From Chrysomallon squamiferum (taxonomy: Eukaryota > Animalia > Mollusca): a stretch of DNA of 64,000 nucleotides. This document shows positions 53,828-64,000 of this stretch, piece after piece (the first letter of the stretch is position 1; each line of letters begins with the position of its first letter). The stretch spans positions 6,820,001 to 6,884,000 of the forward strand of contig CM022674.1 in assembly GCA_012295275.1 (NCBI GenBank), written 5' to 3'. Both the position numbers and the translations under genes were made by a program. The notes beneath the pieces were generated by a model. That model was not told the origin of the DNA. It made no database searches and saw only the letters and a program-made list of their open reading frames with translations.

Positions 53828-56800
53828 ATATACATATGATCTATGTCTTTACAAACTAAAATTATCAATGCACTGTTACTTAGGGATATTTAAAGTATTA
53901 TTAATGTACAAAAGTACCTTTAAATGTAATATCATTTAAAGGTTTAAAAAGATTCTGTTAGTACTGGATTGGGGAAGGAAATCAGCTAATACACATGTAA
54001 GGTTTAGGATCACGGGGGACCAGACAGGCGAACTCAAAAGGATCAAGTAAACATCCACTGATATGATCAGCCATTATGGAAATAACAGGATTGCCTCAAG
54101 ATATTCACTTCAACATAGCTCATATACAGGTTCAAAAGTATTTCTAGTCCAATCAATACAGCAATCAAGTGAATTGCTAGCACTAACCCAAGAGAAAGCT
54201 GAGGTCATTTAATCCTCTAAACAAATAGTTGATGGTTGTTGCTTAATACAATTTGCAATCTAACGTAACATCACTTGCATCAATAAGCAAGAGATATTCA
54301 TGGAAAGGAGGTATTAAGTTATTTTCTCCTGGAAGAACAGCTATAACTGGTACATTAGGTCCTTCATGAAGGATGTCAAGAAAGAAACATAAATTTTACA
54401 AGATGTATATTTTTAAATATAAAAAGCTGTAAAAAGCTTTATGAAAAAATTAAAATATGTTGTGATTGTTTTTGCCTGTATGTGTCTATGTGTATATCCA
54501 TTTCCTTTAAGCATACATACACACAAATACATATGCCAATATTCTTGATAACACATCCATGCATATAAACAAAAAATAAAATTTGTTTCAAAAATCCATG
54601 TAAACACACCATTATACATCAGTACATACATACATATATATATATATATAAACACACCAATGTACACATATTCTGGTATATGTAAACACAATCACATACA
54701 GAGACACACACACACACACACATCTATATACTAATATACAAAAATATCTGTGTATACAAAAATTCTTGGTGCTATGTTCAGAATGGCCTTATTTACAAGA
54801 AGAGTCAACTGAGCAGTCTGTTAGTCAGTATAATAATTCTTCCTGTCATCACTGCTTTACTCAACACAGATAAATCTAGGAAGTTGCTACTAAGTAGGTC
54901 AGTTAACTCTGACCAACCTTTGTCCATCAAAGAATGTCTAAATGGACTGGTCAGTATATATGTGAACTCATTATATATCAGATTTAGATCAGGTTAGTCT
55001 GCAGATAATCAATACTACTTGACAAACAGTAGGTCATGAACTGAAATTATTTCTATATTGGATTAGGATTCTGTTTTGGTTATTCTTTTTTGGAAGTTTA
55101 GTAAATGAAAAGATTTAATACAAGAACTAGTTCAAAAGAGAAATCATTGTGTATTGAAAACTGCATTAAACTAATTGAACATTATTAGTTTTATTGGTTA
55201 TTCTGCTCATGTCACTGACCAGCACAATACAAGAATAGTTGTGAAATTAGTTCCAATTTTTCTGAATTTACTGATAATGGATTCAGCAATTACAGAAAGG
55301 TACCTAACTCAATGGACTAAATCTAATAGTAAATGAAACTAATTTGTTTCAAACCAGAAGATTCATGCTGGTTTCAATCATATTCACATCATTTCAACAC
55401 AAGACCTTGTTATTTCAAAGAAAATTTCTCCCCTAAAATATTAACTTATATGTGAATAGCTCACACACATCTTTTCATTGTGAATGAATACTAATTACAA
55501 TTTATTGGACAAAAAAATGATTGCTATTTAAAAGCATCTCCTCTTCTGTTTATTATAATTTAATTATCTGTCTTTAAGTCCCTTCTCCCATGATGGTGTA
55601 AACAATTATTAACATGTTAATTTCCTTCAAAGTTCAGTAATGACAGTTTATGTGACTTCTGGCTTTTGCTAGTAACCTATCAAGAATAATTGCATATTAA
55701 CAGTTACTTGGTATCAGTTATAGATTCTTGTCTTCATAGATGAAATGCTTTTTGTCATAGCTCTTTTACCCATTTAGCAACATAGTACCTTTTATTTCCA
55801 TTTCCAGATAAACAGGAAAGTACACATTAAAGCCTTTGAAAAATCTGTTGTGTGTCATTGTCTGGAACAGGAAATAGCCCTTAGATACAATGAAAAGATT
55901 AACTCTGTTGTTTAGTTATGAATATATTTCTTACATCAGTGGATATGCAGGACAAAAATGTACTTGCTAAATGGCACATGGATGAGAAGCAATCAATATA
56001 GACGTAAAGAGATCTATACAAGTGGAAAGACATGGCTCCATGCAGTCTGAAGCTTACAACTAGATCACTCTTAATGAAATATTGACTTGCCAATCTGATC
56101 AGCAGAAAACTACATGTGCAACACTTTTCAAAAGGTCCAGATTGACTGAGAATCTGAGAAAATAACATTAACCACTTGACATTGCAGACAATCAGATGTT
56201 TAACCTTAAGCTACTTCTCAAAAGAGCCATAAATTTCTTTTTGGACATAAAAATTTAAGTAACTGTAAAACATGAAAGACATATACTTTATACAACATGA
56301 AAAAGAATTCAATATATATAATGAATAATGAATATCAACTTATCAAATTTGATGTCACTGTAAAAGCTTAAGTCATGAAAAAGATTAAAAAGGCAAATAA
56401 AATAATTAATGAACTGGAATCTTAATTTACAAAAAATTAAAAATAATATAAAAAAAGAAACATTTAAAAAAACAGAAGAAGAATATTTGTGATTATCGCA
56501 AAATGTTATATACAAAATTTTAATTAATTATTTTTACAACTAAACATTGTTATAGGGAACAGGTTATTGTGTATTTTCCAAACAAATTTTAATTAAATTT
56601 TACATGTATCTTAGAAATTAAAATACATACAATAATCAATAATGCATAAAGAATACTTATGCTAGCTATTAATTTACAAGTCATGCAAATTTTAAAGACT
56701 GTATCAAAATGTAAACTATGACAAACAATGTGCTAAGAGTAGATGTTCGTATACAAAGATACATGCAGCCTAATGTTATATTAAACTTATTTTCATTATA

Positions 56801-59800
56801 ATGTGTTCAGCCATGTTCAGCTTATTTTTTCTCTCACTGATTTGGTAGCTGGACATCAGAGGTTATACTCAAAACTGACATAGACCTCTTGGAAACAAGT
56901 ATGTAAATAATAATACTTGTTGAAAAATGGTCCAGTCTGCTGCCTGATACAAACAATCCATGAGTCAAGGTCGTTTGTCAGATGATTAATAAGAGAGTAA
57001 TTTAAACATAAATTGATGCCAGATACAGGTTGTTAGTGACTCCTAATTACAGATGGGGGCTTCATTTTGTTTGTGGTAATGACAGTAATGAGACAAAATT
57101 GGTAATGAAAGATAATAATAATCTACTTTTATTATCTGTAAATGTAAAGAATTTAGCAATGTGTTCACAAAGAGCAAAGTCTTAATTTAGTAAGATTTTA
57201 ACTGTTGACTACATTAACAGACATAATTTTAATATCTTTGATAAGAACAGCTGATAGTTTTTAATTTTAATACCAAAACACACACCTTAATATTAATGAG
57301 GGTACATCGTTAACATAGCTACTATATCAAAATTCAATTAAGTATTTAACTGTTGACATTTCTGCTACACCATAAAGGTCAGGTTTTAATATTTGTAAGA
57401 GGATAATCAGACTAACTGCTTACAGATAAGCCCAGACACAACTGTTTATGCATGGTCAGTGATATTACTGCACTGTCTGTAAATCCAGTAATCATTTAAT
57501 AGAACATGTCATGTTTACACAGTCTTTGAAAGGTTGCTCTGTATGTTCATCTACACAGATCCAGTTACAAAACAGGAATAACTATATTTTTCAATGTTTT
57601 GAATTTGTTTATTATAAATGGAACCATGTATATAAAACAAATATCAGTTCTTTTTAAAGTTACAATATCTTTATGTAAAAACCTATTATTATTTCCTGAT
57701 TAAAGAAATTTCAGAACAAAACTGTTTTATGATAATCAGATCTAAGGGGAAACAAAATCAATAAGATTATAAGATAATAAGACTAGTTGGAAGTATATAA
57801 TGTCAAACTGAATCAGAAAGATTGCAAAATCAATTCTTTCACATTATAATGTTGAACTAGTTCATACTACACATTTCAACTGAATGAACAAATAATTATG
57901 TCAATGTATATTAAACAATAATCTTTATAATACAAGCTACTGAGCCATTCACACTAAATAAATTTTTCTATTTGCCTGTTAAATTATTGGTTGTTGGGTT
58001 TTTTCTTTCTCTTTACATTCCATTAATATTCATAATATCTATTTTATTTTGAGTTTCCTATTTGTTTATTGGCATATAGCATGCGCTATTACTCTTATAA
58101 CTTTTTAAAACACCCATCCATAATAAATACATGTTTTCTTTCTCCATTAAAAAAAATAATAATAACAAAAAAATTAAAAAATAAATATTTTTTTTTAAAA
58201 TACTAAGAAAATTATCTCTGAACTGCGTTCAAACATTCAAAAATGTTTATCATTATAAAGAGATCTACATTTATCAATTTCTTAAAGAAGATATTTCGAA
58301 AGTTCTTGTAAGTACTTTACTTGATGAACTTGGCAAACTAGTTGGGAGGTAGTTATGATTGAGAGCAGTCAATAACTCATATCAGTATTAAGTAACAGTG
58401 CACTCCTTTCCAACAAGCTGTGCTTTGTGCACTGTAAGACTGGCACAGCTTTCTCTCTTTGTTCACCAATACTGCCAACAACTAAGATTTATCAGAATAT
58501 GTCAAAGAAAAATCCAATAACAGACAACATATGTGTGTAGTTAAACTAAGAAAAATAATACCATTGGCAGTGGCCAAATATGTAAGGTGATAAAGTCATT
58601 CGTGATAAATTACTTCTTCTTTTTTTTTCTCATGTGAACAAGTTTATCAGATATTATTGATTAACTTAGCTATGAATGAAATACTCATAAATTAGATCAA
58701 TAAATAATTCTAAGCCTTGAGGTTTGGTGATTTATGTGCAATACTTCTCCAACTGGATGCAAGAATACATGTCACCTCAAATTTTACATGTGTCTGATGA
58801 TGTATTATATCTTTTTATTTACAGTGATATTATGAACTTTGTTTATGTAAATAGAAAGCAAAGATTTCAAGTACGTTCTGAGAAGGGTTCAGAAAGTATT
58901 TGTTACAGTCTGTCAGGTATAAATCTTGCCAAATAGAAATTATGCTAAACAAACCAGACCTTGTATTCTTTTAATTATTATTACCATTTAATTTTTTTTT
59001 TTTTTTTTCTATTTCTAATTTATATTATTTATTTATATAATTTTCTTTCTTTTTTTTTTGGTTTGTTTAGTAATGACATTATCAAGAATTGTTTTTATCA
59101 CATTTTCATACCAACACAAGTGAATATATTTTCAGTTTAAATTTACATTAAGTATTATTTATGTTAATTATTTTATCATGTTATTTAAAATAAAATTTTG
59201 TTCATTATTATTTAAAAAATAGAGCTATTCAAATCAAAATCTATTTCTAATATTAAAGCAGTTGATAACTGGTATAAGAACAAAAATTACAAACGGACCA
59301 AAGTTTTGATTAGCAAATTCCAGACCTCTGTTAACATCTAGAACAAAAAGATGGAAGTACTGTAAATATGAGAAATAAACATATCTCTGTTGGGATGACA
59401 TGATATTTTTAAAATTTCAAAATCAGCTATCTCATATCTTGTTGATCAATATAAAACTGTTTCAAACTTAAGGTTAAAGTTCATATATGCAAACAGACGA
59501 GTCAGATTACAAGATGGGATATACAAGCAATGTTTCTACCTAGGTAACTGGGTTTTCTCTAACTATTTTTAGAATGCAGTAAAGAAGAGGGAAAAAAGGC
59601 TAAAATCACAGAAAAAGATACGACATGACCTAGATGCTAACAACAAACATTTACATCAAGCCAAATGGAATATGTCTCAGGACATCTTGTAATAATTATT
59701 TGTAAGAAATTAAATAAGGTTATGTGCAAACTATCCCAAACAGCTGAGAATTTTGGATTGTGTTAAATATTACTTCCCTGGCATCTTAATCTAAACCATT

Positions 59801-61145
59801 AACAACATAAATCTGATGGTTTCTCTAAAGAGCACTTAATACCAGTTCAATAAATACACTAACCAGCTGTCAGTATTGTTAATAAACACAAAAATTTCAA
59901 ATGCATTAATTGTTGATAATCTCATACATATTATGTGATTTTATTGCATGTCACATTATAAGATGAAATTTAATTACCTAAAGACTGTTATCAATGTTGT
60001 TCCCTGAGAAAAATAAGGCAGAACATATATTGGAAAATATGTTTACTAAACTTATCACAAGATAATAAAGATTTACTGAGTTCAAAATAATTACAAAGAC
60101 CATTTATCGAGAATATATATATATATTTTTTATGTCTGTGGCAGAATTGTCTGAAAAAAATCTTGCATACTCAAATATTTAATTAATGGAAGAGGTTTAC
60201 AAGAACAACAAGAAAAAAATACTTTTCTGCAAATTCATTACTTCATGAAATTTCATAATTAATATGTTAATAATGGACTCTAAGATAATAAAGGTAGGGG
60301 CCATTAATTTTGGGGATTTTTTTGGTGAGGGCTTTTGTTTTACATTTATGGATTTATGCATGTGTATGTGTATTAATGTAGTTAAAAATGAAATTATTAA
60401 TAATTATTATAAATATATTAAATAGGCTACCTTGATTTTATTATTGATTTCACTTGTAAAAGTGTTGTGTTTTTTTTTTTTTTTTAATTAAATATATTAT
60501 TTATACATACATACATATATATATATATATTACTTAATTATATTACTTTACATTTAAAATTTTTAAAAACTTATTTTACTCATTATTATTTTTCTAATTT
60601 CAAAAATCAGTTACTAAATTAGTGCTTGTATTAACAGCATTATTCAAAAAAAAAAAAAAAAAAAAAAATCGATTTATAAACAAATAATAATAACTTCAAT
60701 AAATAAAAATAAAATATTAGCTATATGTTATTTAACAGTCATAATCACTAATAGTAATAGATACGGTTTACAGTTTTGGTTAATTCGGTCGGTTAGGATT
60801 TAATTGTGTCAGATTACAATAAATCTTTGATTCAAAGTTAGAATATTTCATGCTTTGTCAGTGCGTCCTCACCTCAGCTGGTCTGATTGCCACCTGGTCT
60901 TCCTTCATTTTTTCTGGATGTATTAGAGGCGCCGGTCTGTAACATGAACTAGATGGTAAATTCTCAATAAAATCCTTCTGGCTGGTATCTTTATTTTTCG
61001 AAGTGGTGTCAGTAAAGCCACTGGAAGCGCCAGACGTTGTGGGAGCAGACGACAAAGTCGTGGATTCCAAAATCGCCTCCAGTTTGTCCTCTAGCTCTTC
61101 GATATCTTGTCTCTCGAGCTGTTTTCTTATTTTTGCCAAATACAT
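5599..61145 (-). CDS. SH2D5: PTB + SH2 domain adaptor protein (SH2D5-like), 10 coding exons, ~769 aa: 61145-60873, 50993-50913, 48042-47968, 47565-47419, 31652-31323, 28841-28389, 26722-26235, 7710-7624, 7316-7145, 5802-5599
   Basis: All junctions GT-AG with phases 0,0,0,0,0,0,2,2,0. PTB: YIGSFSV...KRVTLIISMTGIKVCSLDGNTVYMAHSLKRISYAT...FSFMAREP...YCHAF...IGNAFKMAY, resembling my recollection of the SH2D5 PTB (YVGSF...MAHALRRI...FAFMARNP...CHLF...F.LAY). SH2: WYQAGIPREIALEILQQEEVGSFIVRDSTTHPGCFALSV...HYLI...EWSSLTALVTHH...LPCTL. Orthology is by recognition, not by a search. Confidence 0.88.
6180..6392. repeat. Compound (AAAT)n/(AAT)n/(GAT)n microsatellite
   Basis: Directly visible; source of spurious ORFs 6168..6419 and 6172..6405. 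Confidence 0.9.
7145..7316 (-). CDS. SH2D5: SH2D5-like exon 9 (SH2 core, GSFIVRDS)
   Basis: Acceptor gttgttacag, donor AAG|GTTAGT; FLVR-type motif. Confidence 0.92.
7624..7710 (-). CDS. SH2D5: SH2D5-like exon 8 (LESLMCLDRSHIEDESLRHAPWYQAGIP)
   Basis: Acceptor ttgtcttgtag, donor AG|GTAACC, phase 2-2; begins the SH2 domain. Confidence 0.9.
9252..9340. repeat. (TTGTG)n pentanucleotide microsatellite
   Basis: Directly visible; gives the CCVVL ORFs. Confidence 0.95.
9851..10120. repeat. Degenerate ~48-bp tandem repeat, about 5-6 copies
   Basis: Recurring AATCACATGTAC...CATACC...TTATTAAA..GATAAAA blocks. Confidence 0.6.
11853..11923 (-). CDS. Candidate alternative first coding exon C (MTAFLAVRHRSKHAGHFWCRFSL)
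   Basis: ATG 11923, 23 codons + 2 nt, donor AAG|GTAATT, phase 2; donor lies inside a local duplication, lowering confidence. Confidence 0.3.
12868..12977 (-). CDS. Candidate alternative first coding exon B (MKYMYFEDSKYEHAEYCNIAKLDKVICFHFNIWMPA)
   Basis: atcATG at 12977, 36 codons + 2 nt, consensus donor AAG|GTAAGT, phase 2; Inr-like TCAGTT at 13057-13052. Confidence 0.5.
18101..18200. repeat. ~30-bp AT-rich tandem repeat, about 3 copies
   Basis: Repeating TATT.ATAAGTG.ATTTTAATATAAA. Confidence 0.65.
19084..19178 (-). CDS. Candidate alternative first coding exon A of an SH2-only isoform (MPYYYDMSLFRLFLRKKRKKFHDQVDGRPRL)
   Basis: ATG 19178 with an in-frame stop upstream, 31 codons + 2 nt, consensus donor CAG|GTGAGT, phase 2 compatible with exon 8; sits in a local CpG-rich patch. 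Confidence 0.65.
21570..21700 (+). mobile_element. Second fragment of the same decayed SINE core
   Basis: GTGGAATGTGCTATCCTGTCAATGGGTATGTGCTTAAAAAACATCTATTGCTGCT shares CCTG.C.ATGGG...AAAAA...TTGCT with 43274-43350; ends in an (AAT)n run. Confidence 0.35.
26235..26722 (-). CDS. SH2D5: SH2D5-like exon 7 (Pro/Tyr-motif linker)
   Basis: Acceptor gttcccag, MEPPVHGY...SKP, donor GG|GTAAGT (phase 2), 488 nt. Confidence 0.85.
28389..28841 (-). CDS. SH2D5: SH2D5-like exon 6 (Ser-rich linker)
   Basis: Acceptor tcttttcag, 453-nt open frame AKQSAENVKH...YGQQE, donor GAG|GTCAGC. Confidence 0.82.
31323..31652 (-). CDS. SH2D5: SH2D5-like exon 5 (end of PTB helix plus Q/E-rich coiled-coil-like segment)
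   Basis: Acceptor atttttcag, AEELNAIIGNAFKMAY..., donor TGG|GTGAGA, 330 nt. Confidence 0.88.
36982..37225. repeat. Degenerate ~28-bp tandem repeat
   Basis: Recurring AACAA(C/T)CTGAT...TTTATC(C/T)TGTG(C/T)(C/T). Confidence 0.5.
38081..38262. repeat. 42-bp minisatellite, about 4.3 copies
   Basis: Unit TTTCTCAAATAAAACCTCTTTAAATTA(G/A)TA..TAAA(C/T)ATGA starting at 38091, 38133, 38175, 38217; first 27 nt identical in all copies. Confidence 0.95.
43074..43465 (+). mobile_element. Decayed tRNA-derived SINE remnant (possibly Deu/Nin-core type)
   Basis: A-box-like TGCTAAGTGG and degraded B-box-like GAATCAATTC head, then a core CCTGACTATGGGAAGG...AAAAATCCTTGCTATTAATCG..AAGAATAGCC that also resembles 21597-21660; family assignment is from memory of mollusc SINE cores. 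Confidence 0.35.
47419..47565 (-). CDS. SH2D5: SH2D5-like exon 4 (TVYMAHSLKRISY...YCHAFVTKTPEK)
   Basis: Acceptor tctttcag, donor AAA|GTTAGT, 147 nt; PTB core. Confidence 0.9.
47968..48042 (-). CDS. SH2D5: SH2D5-like exon 3 (FGAKTKRVTLIISMTGIKVCSLDGN)
   Basis: Acceptor tgttgcag, donor AAT|GTGAGT, 75 nt. Confidence 0.88.
50913..50993 (-). CDS. SH2D5: SH2D5-like exon 2 (YIGSFSVKGSDQKARVEFAQKQLQSMR)
   Basis: Acceptor tttctttgcag, donor AGA|GTAAGC, 81 nt; PTB N-terminal YxGS strand. Confidence 0.88.
52065..52230. repeat. (TATG)n/(TG)n compound microsatellite
   Basis: Directly visible. Confidence 0.9.
60873..61145 (-). CDS. SH2D5: SH2D5-like exon 1 (MYLAKIRKQLE...AIRPAE)
   Basis: ATG at 61145, 91 codons, donor GAG|GTGAGG, phase 0 joining YIGSF; lies in a CpG-rich patch. 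Confidence 0.82.
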
Positions 61146-61344
61146 CTTGAAAGTTTTCGTTCGTCATGTGGAAGTAAAGTTTACACACTACCGTACAAGT
61201 ATCCCATGCGTGGTTTACCCCTTCGCCATGTTGACTTTGACAGATGCTTGCGTCTGGTCAGTTCTTCCGGGTCACGGGGTCATAGAAGTACAAGGGGCGT
61301 AATAAAGGCGGTGCAATGTGTAGACAGCATTGGTAATATTTTAT

Positions 61345-61427
61345 GACTGACACATTGACAGACGTTTTTCATGACAATTGAAACGTTATCTAACCAATCC
61401 ATAAAAATGTTTGAGAAATATGCAAAT
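61345..61427 (-). promoter_or_regulatory. Candidate core promoter of the SH2D5-like gene
   Basis: Inr-like TCAGTC at 61350-61345 (minus strand), CCAAT at 61394-61398, octamer ATGCAAAT at 61420-61427; CpG-rich relative to the gene body. Confidence 0.4.
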
Positions 61428-63373
61428 TAATCGGTCACACGACATCAGTTTAATTAATTTTCGTAATGATGTAATTCCTTTCTCCATCAGATCGATGGAA
61501 TATTATTTAGTGTTGTAAAATTAGTATTGATTTCTATATATATATATATATATATATTTTTATTATTAAATAAACGAATATAATAGTAATAATAATAATA
61601 ATAATAAAACGAATCAGAAATTTGATTTTTGTGACTAAATGTTCCACATAATAGTATAAAGCTACACTGTGCTCATTTGCTTTTTCATCAGTTATTCATT
61701 ACGTATTGTTCATAAAACGATATTGATTTATTTGAATAAACACTTATTGATTAATTTTGATTAGTAAACACTAGTTTTATTGTCTTTTTTTTTTTTTTTT
61801 TTTTTTTTGTAAAAGTGTTCTGTTACTGATATTTGGAGTGCATTTAAAAAAGTTAGACAGTATTAACAAAATGAAAAATAAATATTATAGTAAAAAGAAC
61901 ACACATAAACATAGTTTTGAGAATAAATTCCTTGAATTTAACTGAAAAGTATTCTATAAATAATTACACTTAATGGCATTTTGGGATTGGGCTTATTATT
62001 CTTTTTTTTTTTTGGCAACAAACAGAACAGAATATTTATAACTATACATTATTTTCATCAGTTGGTGCTATATCTACATGTTTTGTTTTTTAAAGTAATA
62101 TTGGTTATTTAACCTTTCAAGATGAAGACATGGATATTGTTTCATTTGATGCATGTACATGTACCTGTATTAATAGGCAAATACCTGCTAAATTTCTTTC
62201 CTCATTTGTTTATCAAAAATCTTTCACAATTTATAAAGAAATAAAAATGTTCAAAAATAAATTTAAAAATCTATTTAATTAAATAATCAACATAATTACC
62301 CCACAAAAAAAAAAAAAAAAAAAAAAAAAGAAACACTGATAGTTTTAAATTACATTGATAAAAATAAAAGCAACACAAATAATTTAAAAGATTTTATTTC
62401 AAATGTGAAGTTTATTTAAAATTGAAAATAAAATGATTTAGATACAGATGGTAACATTCAATTTCAGTCAAACATTTTCTGACACACATCTGATTTTTAA
62501 ATTCATTTTCAATTTTCTGATGACAATCTTACCTATTTCAACATTTGGAACACATATGGAAAACATAATAAAAAAATGTTAGAATTATAATTTATATAAA
62601 CCAATATCAAATTTCTATATTTTAATCATACCTTTTTAATTTCAGTATTTAGCAAACATTTTGATCATACAATGGTTAGCAAATGTTTAATTTAAGCTAC
62701 AAAATTTACCATTATGGTAACTGAGTAAACATTAAAATATTACTTATATATCCTCTAAACAAAATCATCCCAGATATTTATCTCTCTTATAGCAATACAA
62801 AATAATAATAAAATAAAAAAGTATCAAATTTATTATATATAACAATTGCCTGCATTTCAAAACACAAGTATTTTTTTAATTGTTATGAACTTCCATTGAC
62901 AGGATTTGAACCAGTATATTGAGCTTGAAAATTATTACATGTGCGTCTAGGTTTGAAACTTATTATTTGTATAGATACTAAGTTTGTTAGAAGCAACACA
63001 TTATACTTATGTGAATATCAGGACTGTCCATATCTCTTTTAATAAGACATACTTTCCCCAAATTTTTAAGATAAAATAAAAAAAAAAAAAATAAAAAAAA
63101 AAATCAATGTTTAGTTCATGTTTCAAACAGTTTCAATTAAACTGAAAAAGATCCAATATTTTCATTCTCATTTTTTCAGTCTCATCCATTTTGATGTCTA
63201 CATCTGTGGTTTCTGTTTAGAAATTACACAGATGTTTTGAGATTTTTTTTGTTTTATCAGATATGATGGAGATTTCTGTAAAATCTCTGTAACTGCTGGT
63301 TTGTTACAGTGAAACTATTTCAGCAGGAATAAAAGTCAAGTTTAATCCAAAATGATAATCACATTTTTCAACG

Positions 63374-63972
63374 TCACATTTCTCCACATTCAGAAACAAT
63401 CACTGGAAGTTTAGGCTTGTTGTTCGGACCAGTTGGAACATTTTCTATTTTTCTAAGAACTAAAAGTCCATCTACAACTTTTCCTTTAAAAAAAACAACA
63501 AAAAAAGTAGAAAAAAGAAATAAGCAGAAATTAATATTAATAATATTATAGCAGTAATAGTAATAAATAATAACATTAGGAAATAATTAAGTATTAAAGA
63601 AAAATATAAAATATAAATAATGCTATTATTATTATTATCATAAATAGTTATTATTATCATTATTATTCTTAAAATTATATTATATTAATAAAATGTAGCT
63701 GTTGCTTTGAGCATTTTGAATCCCATTATCATTCAATATCTGACAATTTCACAAAACAGAATAATTTCTGAAAAATTAAAAGAAAATATATTTCTGTTAA
63801 AAATTAAATTTAATTCAAATAGCATGAAATCTTTTTAGATGTACATTCTGTAAAAACAAACTCAAAAAACCAATGACAACTTACCAAATACAACATGTTT
63901 ACCATCAAGAAAATCACATTTAGCACATGTAATAAAAAACTGGCATCCATTTGTATCTTTACCACTATTGGC
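63374..63972 (-). CDS. PPIH: Peptidyl-prolyl cis-trans isomerase H (cyclophilin H, U4/U6 snRNP-associated), last two coding exons 63972-63885 and 63483-63374; 5' exons lie beyond the window
   Basis: Spliced translation [65 protein letters not shown], closely matching the PPIH C-terminus (NGCQFFITC...[23 protein letters not shown]); acceptor tttcag, donor G|GTAAGT, acceptor tttaaag, stop TGA 63376-63374. Not in the ORF track. Confidence 0.95.
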
Positions 63973-64000
63973 CTGAAAGAAAAGAAAAAAATTAAAACAA

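Overview
AT-rich, microsatellite-laden eukaryotic genomic DNA; gene content and repeat style suggest an invertebrate, probably a mollusc (inference). Three intron-containing genes were reconstructed by hand from GT-AG junctions and reading phase. (1) + strand 305-3065: the last five coding exons of a membrane guanylate-cyclase-like gene (TM helix, coiled coil/signalling helix, cyclase domain, acidic tail, no kinase-homology domain, resembling NIT-GC architecture). Several catalytic residues are substituted, so it is a probable pseudo-cyclase. (2) - strand 61145-5599: a complete 10-exon, ~769-aa PTB + SH2 adaptor (SH2D5-like; SH2 resembling insect EGFRAP/PVRAP) with an intact FIVR arginine. (3) - strand 63972-63374: the last two exons of cyclophilin H (PPIH). 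The main hidden feature is in the adaptor's 18.5-kb intron 7, which holds several ATG-initiated mini-exons (19178-19084, 12977-12868, 11923-11853, weaker 23139-23114). All end in phase-2 donors that would splice in frame onto the SH2 exons, suggesting internal promoters making SH2-only isoforms with interchangeable N-termini. Most long ORFs in the supplied track are microsatellite translations.
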